Assembly: GCF_018977255.1 (NCBI RefSeq)
Contig: NW_024704743.1
Coordinates: 73,534,001 to 73,598,000, forward strand
DNA from: Callorhinchus milii
Lineage: Eukaryota
Length of the DNA: 64,000 bases
Direction: 5' to 3'
In this document: piece after piece, positions 52,671 through 64,000 of the stretch
Numbering within the stretch: position 1 is the stretch's first letter
Layout: each line of letters opens with the position of its first letter
Notes under the pieces: generated by a model
What the model was told of the DNA's origin: nothing
The model's database searches: none
The model's input: the letters and a program-made list of their open reading frames with translations, nothing else
Translations under genes and position numbers: made by a program

Positions 52671-52724
52671 CTGTACAACTTCATCATCCTCTTCCAAGAG
52701 CCCCTCAAGAATCTCAACAGCAAC
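52671..52724 (-). CDS. acl4: Internal coding exon (54 nt, phase 0/0) of an Acl4-like TPR assembly chaperone of Rpl4: VAVEILEGLLEEDDEVVQ
   Basis: Minus strand reads ttcttttgtatctgctcacag|GTTGCT...GTACAG|gtggga. It joins in frame to the next exon to give LLEEDDEVVQVWYLLGW, a motif I recall from Acl4-family proteins. Family assigned from memory, not a search. Confidence 0.88.
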
Positions 52725-53279
52725 CTGTGAGCAGATACAAAAGAATATTCATTAGCACAATACAAATTTACTTTTATGTGCAGTAGTGCCTTTCACATTA
52801 GAAGGATGTCCCAAGGTGTTGGCCAGTCCAGGGTTTGCACCTGAGCTGGGGGTGTGGGCCAAGGAGGTGAAAAACACAGATAATGTTGACGACATAAAGA
52901 TACAAACTTGTGATTGGAAAAATGCAACAAGAAAGTGGGAAGGTAAATGGCCCGCACTGAACAATAAGCCTCAGAAACGTCTAGAAAGCACAGCTCCTCC
53001 AGGCAATCCCACGTTCACTCAAATCCAACCCCAGATCGCCTTAAAAGTCAGTCTGATGGTTACTTGTCGAAGGTGCATTTTAAGCCTAAATCGCTTTTTC
53101 TGAAGCAAGGCACCATTACCATTTAAACGCTCCGGGACGCTACCCCACGTGAAGGGTGCTATATAAATGCAAGTTGTTGTTGTTGTATTATGGTACTCTT
53201 TTCCCAAAAAGCACTCTTTCTACCCAGTGAGGCTCAGTAGAATCACCAGCTCACTCCAACAGCAAGAGAAGACACCTGT

Positions 53280-53952
53280 TCACAATCAGGGGCCATGCTT
53301 TCAGCCATTATGCCCTGAAACTTTGGAACTCTTCCTCAATCCCTCCATCTTGCCCCCTCCTTCCCCTCTTTTAGATCACGACTGAAGACCTTTCTCTTCC
53401 ACCATGCTTATGGTCACCTCCTCCTTCCTTCCAGTTTGGCATCAGGCTCCGTCACTGTTAAGTGCTCCAAAACGCACGAAGGGAGCAACGTAAATTCAAG
53501 TTGTTGTTGTTGTATCAATTTTACTCTAGTTTTCTGGAGCAGAGCTGTCCACATCTTCACAACCCTATACGTGAAGAAATGCTTCCTGATCTCAGCTCAG
53601 CTCTAACCTCAGCTCATGACTTGACACTCTTCGATCTCTTCAACCTCCTCTTTCCTCATAGCAGTGTCCGCTGCCTCTGCTCTAATGGCTCCGGCCTCCT
53701 TGTCCCTCGAATCCTCCGCTCCACCATTGGCGGCCATGCCTTCAGCCACTATGCCCCGAAGCTATGGAACTGCCACCTTCAATCCCTTTGCTTGACCCCT
53801 TTCCTCATTTTCAGGTTGCGACTGAAGACCTTCCTTTCCGACCGTGTCTATGGTCACCTTCCCCCTCCCCCTGGCTCACCATCGGGCTCCACCATTGTTA
53901 AGCGCTCTGGGATGCTGCCTGATGAGGAGGGTGCTATATAAATGCAAGTTGA
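53280..53952 (+). mobile_element. Two L2 3' fragments in the same orientation (about 53285-53512 and 53635-53952)
   Basis: TIGGHAFSHYAPKLWN..LKTFL remnants, each ending in an L2-type tail. Confidence 0.8.
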
Positions 53953-55357
53953 TGTAGCTCTAAGGTCTGATTTTACGGCTATGCACTGGTTAGTAATGCA
54001 AAGCGAGAGAAGCTGTCCCTCTACTCTGTGGTATATGGAGCAGTGAGAGGTCATCCCTCTCCTCACATCTCGATAATAGTTTTCTTGCCTGGAGTATTGG
54101 GTGCACGTTGACAAGAGCCAAGGCTTAGGGACCCAGAATCCTGGTAACACATGACTTGTTCAATATGACGTTTTAAGATACGAGTACAATATTTTGCAAA
54201 TTTGAACTGATGGCAATAGGACTTAAACACAGTTATGTTCTTGAATTCTTCATCTAACAAACGCCTGCCAGTAACCTCTGCTACTCACTGCTTACATTAT
54301 TCATGACCAAAGTCTATTAAAGGATAGAAATTATTTAGTAAATAGATTTGCCCAGTGAGAAAGATTTATCCTCCTCCACCTGCCGCGCTTTGCGTAAAAT
54401 TGTTTTTAAAACTGGCTTCCATCCCCAAATGCTTGAAAATAATATATTGTGTGTAAATATGGCAAAACAGCTGTTCCATAAGGAACAGTTAAATTGCCTT
54501 CAACAGAGGCAGTCAGGGCTGTCAGATTAGTTCAGTTTATAGGTTATAATCTGTCTATGTCTCTTGGAATTTAGCTAAAAGAAATGCAATTAGGTTCAGT
54601 AGGGCTCAAATCAAGTAGATTGTCTCATGCAGAAGATCAAGTGCAATGCGTGGAGTACTCTACCTAGTAATTTAAATGACTGACCATTCAATTTATGAGC
54701 ATTCAAGGCAATAAAATCCAGTCTGAACTTAATAACAGCACATTTTATGTGACAAAGATGACAATTACAATCTACAGTTACTGCGGTCGCGTTGTGGACT
54801 GAAAGAAGATGACAGTATTAATTATATGCAGGTGTCATTTATCAGACTTAACTTGACAGCTAGCAGAGTCTTTATTCCTTTCACCAACTTGACTATTGCA
54901 TTTAGAAATTTTTAATACGTTGAACTGAAGATAATTGGCAGAGAAGTGAACACTTTGCTTGCTTTCATCTTGTGCACAGTAATTTATGTCACAGAGTGTG
55001 CGCTGTGCAGAGTGTTGATACATTATCAGAATTAAATAATACTCACCAAAACATTCTTGGTAAAGACTATCCTGAATGTGAGGCACGTTAGGGGAGGGCC
55101 ATGTGCCATGTGCAAGTGGATAAAAATTTCCAAGATAGCGAGGCATGGATCAGTAGTCACTCTAACTTAATACTGCTTCTATTTCATTCGCCAATCTTAC
55201 ACAATGTCGGGCAAACTTGGCTCAAATCTGCCTCTTCAATTCTCACTCACATGAAGCCTGAACAAGCACTCATCAGGAGAATGGCAGCATAAACACCTTC
55301 CACGGGAAAGATGCTTCAGGAGATAATAATATCATTATTTCCTGAAAATTTGCTGAT

Positions 55358-55710
55358 TATAATAATAATTCTTGTATTTGATATAGCTCTTTATCATCTC
55401 AAAGCACTTCACAGGACTATAAAGTGTATTTTGTAGGCAAATGTGGCAGTCAATATGTGTACAGAGGTGTCTCACAAACAGGTGAATGACTAATTTTACC
55501 AGTTGGCTTATTGGCCAGGATACCAGAGGAATTCCCTTCTCATTTCAAATAGTACCACAGGATCTTTAACGTCCAACTGAACAGGCAGATGAGATCTCAG
55601 TTTAATGTCTCACCTGAAGGAAGATACCTCCAATAATGTAGTACATCCCAGCACTGCAATGGAGTGTCAGCCTAGACTATATGAGTTCAAAGTCTCGACA
55701 TTGGGCTTGT
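55358..55710 (-). mobile_element. Ancient long tRNA-Deu SINE, head truncated
   Basis: Same Deu body as 33265 and 47200. Confidence 0.75.
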
Positions 55711-56849
55711 TATTATTGTTCCTGCCTTTCATTTGTTTTTGAAATGTCCAGAGAATAACTGATGTTCCTGAAAAAGACATTAGAAGATTGTAACACATTC
55801 CTGGGAGTCAGATGACATTGTAACCTGTGTGATCATAGATTTTCAAAGTAAGCTGGGTATCAGAGAGAGGTTTAAGAGGTTCACGTGGAGCATAAACACC
55901 AGCATGGACTAGTTGGGCAAAATAGCCTGTTTCTGTGCTATAACGTTCTATGCAATTCTATGAAGTCCCAGGGTGTACTGTAATCTTAATCAGCACCTTG
56001 GACAAGATGAATAAATTTAACATTGTATTTTAAAAGACAAGGGAGTTAACATGCTTACTTATCACTTCTAATTGCTACCTTGATGCGTGCCAAGTTTTAT
56101 TGTGCAGCTTCATATTGCTTGACAGTACAAAGAGGTACCTTCCAAAAGCAAGACGTTAGACCAGGATTATGAAACAGAGAATTTTTTGGGGGTAAGAAAT
56201 AACACATGCTGCTCTACAGTGGTACAACTGCCTTTGTATTCCATGCAGACGGCCAGTAATTTGCTAACTTGATCTGTAGTATAGATAGCATCAAAGAACA
56301 TACTCCCCCCATCCCACACTTTCGATAGCTTGTAGTGTACAGTGCAAACATCCTACTGTGACTTTGGTCATTTCACTGCCTCTGGCACTGAACATTACTG
56401 TGAGATCAACAGTGTTCATATTCAGATCGGCCATAACTCTTGAGTTTACTGATTTCAGAACAATTATGAATCACTTTGTCAAGGTCTTTTAAGTGTAAAG
56501 GTCTCTGGATTGCACTTGATTTGATGCTTACAGCTGCCCTTGTAAAATCATTGCAGTGGTCTGATGGTGCACATGGCTGAATCGAGTCAGGGTCATAACT
56601 AAGTCAAGAAATGTCTAGGCTTGACAAATTCCCTCTAGTTACTCCAGGATTTCCATAAACATGTCTGGAGATACGAGGGGATAATGCTAGCTTTCGAACC
56701 AGAACTCCAGTCAGGTTTCAAATTACAATTCCGATAATGCAATCTGCTGAATCATTCATAGTTTGTTTTGTAAGATACAGACCTGTGAGCAGAAAAATAA
56801 AAATCCTCAGCCAAGCGATCTTTTAATCTCAATCTAATGATCTTTTTTC

Positions 56850-57460
56850 CCATCAATTATGGGTTTCCCCAGGGCTCTGTTCACTCACCCACTTTGCTCC
56901 TTTGCTACATCAACGCCCTTCTCTTCTCACTATACAACCAGCCACTCTTTCGCTGATAATTCCACTTTACATTCAGTGGCTTCCTTCAGACAGCGTATCT
57001 GTTCTCAATGCTCACAACCATCAAACCCTTCACAGCCCAATGCCCGATTTGCTAGACTTTGATCTCCTCCATGCGTTTTGATGGGGCAATGATAACCTTA
57101 CTTTCTTACAATTCCTCAAAGGTAGAGTTTATTCACGCTTCTCACAAGCCTAAGCAAAAGTTACCACATCTGTCATCTGTGATGGCTCCACTCTTAATCC
57201 TTCTTCATCTACTGATACTCTCGGCCTCCCTATCCACGCTGATCTCCAATGAGATTCTCACAACTGCTTCATTGTTTGAATCAAATCTCTAAGACTTTCT
57301 CTTTCCTCTTTTATGCCAAATATTTACTTTCCTCTAAACAATTCTTAACTCACTCTGGGAAGTCTAAGTTCCTCCAAGTCCCACCTGCTGCTCCTACATC
57401 TGGGGAGGCTATTCCGGGATTTCCTTGGCATTCCTGAATAGAATACAAGAAAAGGCTTTT
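56850..57460 (+). mobile_element. Fossil non-LTR RT fragment unlike the local L2/CR1, resembling invertebrate Zenon-type CR1-group elements
   Basis: Across frameshifts: GFPQGSVHSPTLLLCYINALL, HSFADNSTLHS, GNDNL..NSSKVEF, CCSYIWGG, LNRIQEKAF. Confidence 0.75.
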
Positions 57461-57822
57461 GTGGAGTCATATAATGTTACAGGACAGAGACAGGTCAATT
57501 GGGTTGTCAACTCTGCACTGGTGTTTATTCTCCACATGAACCACCTAATTTAACTCTATCCTATTTTACCACACTGCCACCTCCTCCTGTTTTGTCTGAG
57601 AGGTGATCCTTCCCTTCCTGTTTGATTGAAACCTGAATGTAGTTTACTAGATGTGGGGGTGGGTGGGGCATGGAGGGAGTGAACAGACAGAATGAAAGAA
57701 GGAGAATAATACTGGACCAGCAACATGCCCAATTTACGTTAACACTCAGGGAATAAACTCTGTATTTACAATCATGAATTATATACTTTTATAACATCTT
57801 AATCTGTGTATTGATTGATTTT

Positions 57823-58157
57823 AATAATAATAATCCTTAATAATCCTTGCATTTGATATAGCGCTTTTCACGTCAGGAGGACGTCCCAAAGCGCTTCACA
57901 GAACAGAGAACACACTGTAAAGTGAATTGACTGTATATTTGTGGGCGAACGCGGCAGCCAATTGCGCACAGCAATGTCCCACAAACAGTCGTAGATTGAA
58001 AATGACCAATTTAATTATTGATTTTGGTTTTTTGGAGGGATTATTATTAGGCGTGTGGAGTAAGGAAACTTGCCCAAGGTTTCGCCCTGCCTGGAATTGA
58101 ACTCAGGTCTCTCACTTGCAAAGCGAGTGCTCTAACCACTGAGCTACAGGACTCCAC
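57823..58157 (-). mobile_element. Young full-length short tRNA-Deu-L2 SINE
   Basis: Near-exact reverse complement of 60477-60820; attttaat on both flanks. Confidence 0.95.
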
Positions 58158-60476
58158 AAATTTTAATTTTGGAACCTGTCACATCAGAGAATTGCAATCT
58201 GCAATCTGAGAATTGCAATTGCAATCTGCAATTTAGTTAGTCTAGTATTCTTTCCACTTTATAAACATATCCAATAAAGTGTTGGAAGGGCTGCATTGCC
58301 AGAGATGCAGTCCATTGATAAGATGTTAAACTGAGGTCCCATCTATCAGTTTGAAGGTGGATGTTAAAGATTTCAAGGAACTATTCAAAAAGAGTTTCTC
58401 CCGGTGTCCTGGTCAACAAGCCCTATACAAAAAAAACGGTGCTTCACTTCACAACTTTTGTGAAAGTTTGTGTGCAATTTGGCTGCCACATTCACCTACA
58501 AAATATACAATCACTACAGTTTATAGCAATTGAGTCTTCGAGATTTTTTGATGGTTTAGCTGCTACATCAAATACCAAGAATTATTATTATTATAAGGCA
58601 TTCTGAGAAAGGCCGGCACTGAGCACTGGTGACAGACTCACATGTATAGCAATTTGTTCATTCCTCAACAAATAACTGTACTAGGTTTCATTCCCAATTT
58701 TTGCTTAGTTAACTGATCTCATATGGGATGCCAGTAAAGGTCCCTTTGCCTCGCCCTAAACCTAACCCTAACCTACTTCAAGGCTCGTCTCAAGACCTTC
58801 TTCTAAGGCCGTGCCTTCGGTCATCTTCCCTCCTCCGCCCCCATTGCCCTCCACCCTTCTTGACTCTAACCCCCAGCTCAGGTGCAAACCCTTCACAGTT
58901 CAGCACCTTGGGACGTTGTCCTGACGTAAACGCGCTCTGTAAATGCAATTTATTGTTGGTGTTGCTACAATAGGTCTCAGCATCCTTGGGCAAGGGAAAG
59001 AAAAATAAAAACCGACTTGCTTATGAGGCACACCGTCACAGTATGGGCTTAAAACTGCTTATACATGGAATAAGTGTTTAAATAGCAATTATTAATAAAT
59101 AATTCAAACTGAGGCTCTTCAAAAAGTGCCTCAAAGTTTGTAAAGTTCTTAGGGAACCGAAGCAAATGTCGTCAGAACTAATAGAGAAACAATAATAAAT
59201 TGTTCGCTTCAATCTATGGCCGTTTGTGGGACACTGCTGTGTGCAATTGACTGCCACATTTCGCCCATTAATATACAGTCAATTCACGTGCGTGAATTGT
59301 GAATCGCTTCGAGACGTCTAGAAGACGTGAAAAACTCTATATCAAATGCAAGGATTATTATTATTAATGTTGTATTAGTGAATACTTACTGAAAAAAAAC
59401 ACGGATAAAGAAATATGTGTTATCTGGCCAAGTAGGAGCATTTATCTTCAATATTGATTTTTAAGCATCTATCATTTTCTTTCAGTAGGACGCACGATGA
59501 GAGTAGAGCAAAAGAACAATTTCAAGAAAGACACCAGGAAGTTTATCTTCAGCCAGAGGGTCATCAACAACTGGAACAGGAAAGGTGGTCTACGCCTTAA
59601 CACTGGACTCATTTAAAAGCAGGTTGACATTGTAATGGGAGGACAGTAGAGTGGGTATTCTGGAGGGATGAGATCAAATGGGCTGAAGGGCCTTCTTCAT
59701 CCAAACTAATCTTGTGATCTCATAAATAAAATCGTCTGAGTTTAAGCCCACCAGTGGAGGGGAGAATGGTTGGGGAAGTTCCTAAACTGTACCAACAACC
59801 CTGGCAATGTAATACATGCTATAATTATAGGTAGGTCCAGAGGGAACTAAAAGAAAGACAGATTATCAGGGTGCCAAGAGCTCAGAATCAATCCAAGGAC
59901 TGATAAATGAGCCACGTGTTTCTCATAGTTTAATCCACAGGTGCCACGATTCCTGGTTCAGGAATTGATGGTTCACTCTGCATCTGAACTTCTGGATGCA
60001 AGTGTTCCAGAGAACAACACAAAGTGGGGGTGAGAGGTCCACACAGTGTGCCTGCCATTGGGATTACTGGTGCAGAATGGTGAGGTATGGCTCAAATGCC
60101 TCTCATGTTCCTGCCTTAAACTTGGACATCTGCCGAAAGCAACTGCAACTCTTGAACTGGTATTTCAGTCAAAATCTTGCAGAGGGGCTGACAACCTGGT
60201 CTCATCACTAAAGTTGCTCCAGGCCACAGGTGGGTAATAGTCTTCCCAAAGATTTTCACTCTTCAACCACATTTTCTTGTCATGTTGAAGGGATCAGAGA
60301 GACACTAAACTGATACTGCGTCTGCCTGTTCTATAAAATAATAAAATAAAATAATAAAATTAGATAGGATAAAATAAATCCTAATTGCCAGGAGCATGTG
60401 CAACCCTAGTATTCCCCAAGAAAATCCCCCAAGGACTTGTGTAAAATGATGCGTTAGGTTTGTGTGATCACCTGTA

Positions 60477-60782
60477 GTGGAGTCCTGTAGCTCAGTGGTT
60501 AGAGCACTCGCTTTGCAAGTGAGAGACCTGAGTTCAATTCCAGGCAGGGCGAAACCTTGGGCAAGTTTCCTTACTCCACACGCCTAATAATAATCCCTCC
60601 AAAAAACCAAAAACAATAATTAAATTGGTCATTTTCCATCTACGACTGTTTGTGGGACATTGCTGTGCGCAATTGGCTGCCGCGTTCGCCCACAAATATA
60701 CAGTCAATTCACTTTACAGTGTGTTCTGTGAAGCGCTTTGGGACGTCCTCCCGACGTGAAAAGCGCTATATCAAATGCAAGG

Positions 60783-60820
<38 letters not shown>
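60477..60820 (+). mobile_element. Young full-length short tRNA-Deu-L2 SINE (SINE2-1_CM-like, from recall)
   Basis: A box tagctcagtgg, B box gagttcaattcc, TGC anticodon arm, Deu-like tgctgtgcgcaattggctgccgcg, L2 stem-loop tail and (ATT)n. Confidence 0.95.
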
Positions 60821-61239
60821 CACCTATGTAGATATCTTCAAATAAGTTTCATGTTACTCTATGTTCAATGACCCATTCATTAACAGTGTGCAATAGATTT
60901 ACACAGGAGTTCTGCAGATAACATGGATGTATTTCTACCTTTTTCTTCCTCCAAAGCAGTTTTAGGCATTTTGCAACCAGACACTATATGTCTTCATTTC
61001 CTCGAAACAAAGTATTATTTGCATTGAAATATCTCACATACCTTTTCTCATACATAGATTGAAAGACACCTGGGTGCCTAAAACATAAGAAACCCATCGG
61101 TGTGCTTATTAGTATCCAAACCAGATTGAGTGCCGCACACTGTCATCATTTGATGGCCTGGGTCCATAAATTCAGACCCTGTGTTAAACGTCTGCCTTCC
61201 AGGTTGTTAAATCATCGTCAATATCACTTCATATGTATT

Positions 61240-61857
61240 GTCATTCAGAACTCTGCAGCTCGTGTACGTCATTCAGAACTCTGCAGCTCGTGTACTGTCC
61301 CGCACCAGGCTTCGGGACCACATCACTCCCACCCTCGCTCGCCTCCACTGGCTCCCCATCCCCCAGAGGATTGATTTCAAGATCCTCATCCTCACCTACA
61401 AGGCCATTCACGGCCTCGCTCCCTCCTACCTCTCCAACCTACTATCCCCCTACCTACCTGCCCGTACCCTCCGTTCCTCCGGCTCCGGTCTGCTCCACGT
61501 CCCCCCGCCCCAATCGCCCTACCATCGGTGGCCGGGCCATCAGCCTCTCAGCCCCGAGGCTCTGGAACTTTATCCCCCAGTGCCTTCGCCGCCTTCTCCC
61601 TCTCCTCCTTCAAGGCCGGTCTCAAAACCTTTCTCTTTGACCGAGCCTTTAGCTCCCCTCTCGACTCTCTTCCCCCTTCTCGCTCCCTACCATCCCTCCC
61701 CTCACCCTGACCATTTCCCCCCTCCTCGCTCCCTCCCCTCCCCTCACCCTGACCACTACCCCCCTGCTCGGGTCATGACCCAACTGTGCAGCGCCTTGGG
61801 ACGTCCTCCTGACGTGAAAGGCGCTTTATAAATGGAATCTTGTTGTTGTTGTTGTTG
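61240..61857 (+). mobile_element. Young 5'-truncated L2, same subfamily as 16321-18785
   Basis: [38 protein letters not shown]; near-identical 3' UTR and (TTG)n tail. Confidence 0.95.
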
Positions 61858-63529
61858 CACACAATGTAACTATACACAGGAAGTTTCACTGCATGTGCAG
61901 CACACAAGATCAAGGTGTGCCTTATAAAGGGAAATTTCCATTTGTCTGGAATGATGTGCACCCTCTGTCTATGGAGGGATGCACCTGCTTGCTTAATCTG
62001 CACAAAAATAGCGCAGCCTGGCAAAAGCCAAGTCTTGCTGACCCTAGAGTATGGATTGGCGTTAGTTCTAGAGTTTAATTAGCTAGAGCAGTGCAGCTTG
62101 GCATTGGGAATGCTGCCTGGCAAGCTTCTCGTCGCTTGAGTAAACGTGAGCAGAGGGGGAAGAATCGCTGCCCAGTGCCTAGTCTGCCCAAGCCATAGAT
62201 GTGGGTAATAATATAATTACACCAATTGTCCTACGTAGCACTTGTCCCCGTTTTGTGTTTTGCTTTGATTTTCTCCTTCCCTGTTGGCAATCAGTTGAGA
62301 AACAAGTAAACAAATGCCTCAAGGAGAAATATTGTGAGCACAGAGCAGGGATTGAAAGAGCTTGAACAAATACAGAGTTGATTTTGAAGGCAGGGAAAGA
62401 GATAGCAAGTCAATGTCATAGGCTGGAATGTACACTTCAGTGGCTCGGCTAACTGGATAAATTCCCCCAGCCTTCAGCTTGTTGTTATTGATGTCATCTG
62501 AGCCACTGGTCAGATGTTCTCAGCCTTTGCTTGATAACTGATGTTCACAGCGGCATTCTTTACTGTAAGTCTTTTGGCTGAGACATTGTACTGAGGTCCT
62601 GCCTGTTCGTCACATAGATGATAAAAATCCCATGACACTATTTTAAGAAAAGAGAGTTTCTCTCAGTGCTCTGGATAAAAATCTTCCAGATAAATTGGTC
62701 ATTCACCTTATAGCTGTTTGTAAGACCTTACTGTGTGCTTATCCACAAAATCAGTCACTACACTTGACAGTAATTACCTGTGAAGCACTTTGAAAAGTTT
62801 GACATGATAAAACACTATAATCAGTCATTTTCTTTCTTGCCTCTCCTTGCACAGTACAGTAGAGGTTTGAGGGATGTCACTTGCACTGGGCAACTTAGTG
62901 TGTCACCACTTCAGGAAGCACTGAACACAGTACAGACAGATTTCAAATCGTAATGATTGACTAATATTTTCTGCACGGTTTGATTACCAAGAAATTAAAA
63001 AATCAAATCCATATGTTAAAAACGTTACACTGAAATACCATCACGATTAGCCCATTTGTCTGGTGAAGTGAGATTCAAAAGACAAATCTGTGCTGATAAC
63101 GTGCTTTAAGAATGTGAATTCGACAGGCGAGTGGTCAAAGATTAAACAAGGTTAAAGTATTTTGTGTGAATTGTTCGATTTAGATGTACAACACACAATA
63201 AATTATTTAACCACGTTGTTAGCTTTTATTTAGAAATTTTGCTTTCTTTTTTTTGTACTTTGGTGACTTATTTTGACTTATCTAAATCACATATTTTGAT
63301 AAATATGAAAAATTCAGCAGCAAGACAGAAGTTGTAAATTAGTCCTTCCTATCACTTTTGCATCACAATTTAGCTGTCATTTAGTAGCAGTGGGTACGAC
63401 ACTCAAATCAATTAATAAATGACTACATGTGAGCTGATTATCAGCCTTAGGTAGATAAAATGAGAATGCAAACAGAAAACAGTGTCTGTTGGGGGAACAT
63501 TTTTAAAAACAACTGGCAGGAGATCACAA

Positions 63530-63890
63530 CAATAAAAACAATGTGCATTTATATAGCACCCCTCATGCAGGATAGCGTCCCAGAGTGCTTGACAGTGGCG
63601 GAACACGAACCCAAACGGGGAAAGGTAACCCTAAGTTAGATTGAAGGGGAAGGTCTTCAGGTACGACCTGAAGATGGGGAAGGAGGGGGCAAGGTAGAAG
63701 GACAGAGGAAGTATGTTCCAGTGTTTCCAGGCATTGTGGCTGAAAACACGGCCACCGATGGTGGGACTAAGGGCACAGGGGATGAGCAGGAGGCTGGGGC
63801 CAGTTGAGCGGAGGCAATAGATAGTGGATTGGGGAGAAAGCAGGTCGGAGAGGTAAGCAGATGCCAGGGCATGAAGGGATAAGAAGACAA
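63530..63890 (-). mobile_element. Decayed L2 3' fragment
   Basis: L2 tail at 63530-63600 and TIGGRVFSH-type remnant. Confidence 0.8.
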
Positions 63891-64000
63891 GTGAAGGTGG
63901 TAAAATAGGAAGCTGGAAACTAACAATCTCTCTTTTAGAGGTTTCTGTTCAATTCATCAAGGTTACAAGACATCTTTGAAAGTCTGAAAAGAGTTTTGGC

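Noticed and set aside
55046..55146. Minus-strand ATG ORF ending at a strong TG|gtgagt donor
   Set aside because: No good acceptor or promoter context, and the peptide is not Acl4-like or otherwise recognisable.
60479..60552. tRNA-Ala(TGC)-like cloverleaf, also near 58085-58157
   Set aside because: Imperfect T and acceptor stems, and it continues directly into a multi-copy SINE body and tail; this is a SINE head, not a tRNA gene.

Overview
Vertebrate nuclear DNA, AT-rich and repeat-dense. The L2 and CR1 LINEs, tRNA-Deu-L2 SINEs and a shark-type Penelope terminal motif point to a cartilaginous fish, most like a chimaera (inference from recalled repeat families). The only host gene I can support is on the minus strand and is not annotated by the ORF track. 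Three phase-0 GT-AG exons (52724-52671, 42723-42619, 12891-12718) splice to VAVEILEGLLEEDDEVVQ|VWYLLGWVCYLQAEKSDQEAAFKKSARAHLTKAKK|LYTKLKCDDSPLLDHTEQLLADLGG...SSDEEEMEQ*. This is the C-terminus of an Acl4-like TPR chaperone of ribosomal protein Rpl4/uL4. Its introns are about 9.9 kb and 29.7 kb, and I found no upstream exons in the window. Almost all long ORFs in the track are retrotransposon remnants. Notable items: a young L2 nested in an older L2 with a target-site duplication; a 163-bp fold-back insertion with perfect 50-bp arms and a 14-bp TSD; an 88-nt hairpin; an invertebrate-like (Zenon-type) RT fossil; an unclassified dispersed repeat; two generations of Deu-domain SINE; and inverted young repeats bracketing the two internal exons. 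There is no CRISPR array, rRNA or genuine tRNA gene, and I cannot demonstrate a new biological system from the sequence alone. Repeat boundaries are by eye and approximate unless a TSD is given.
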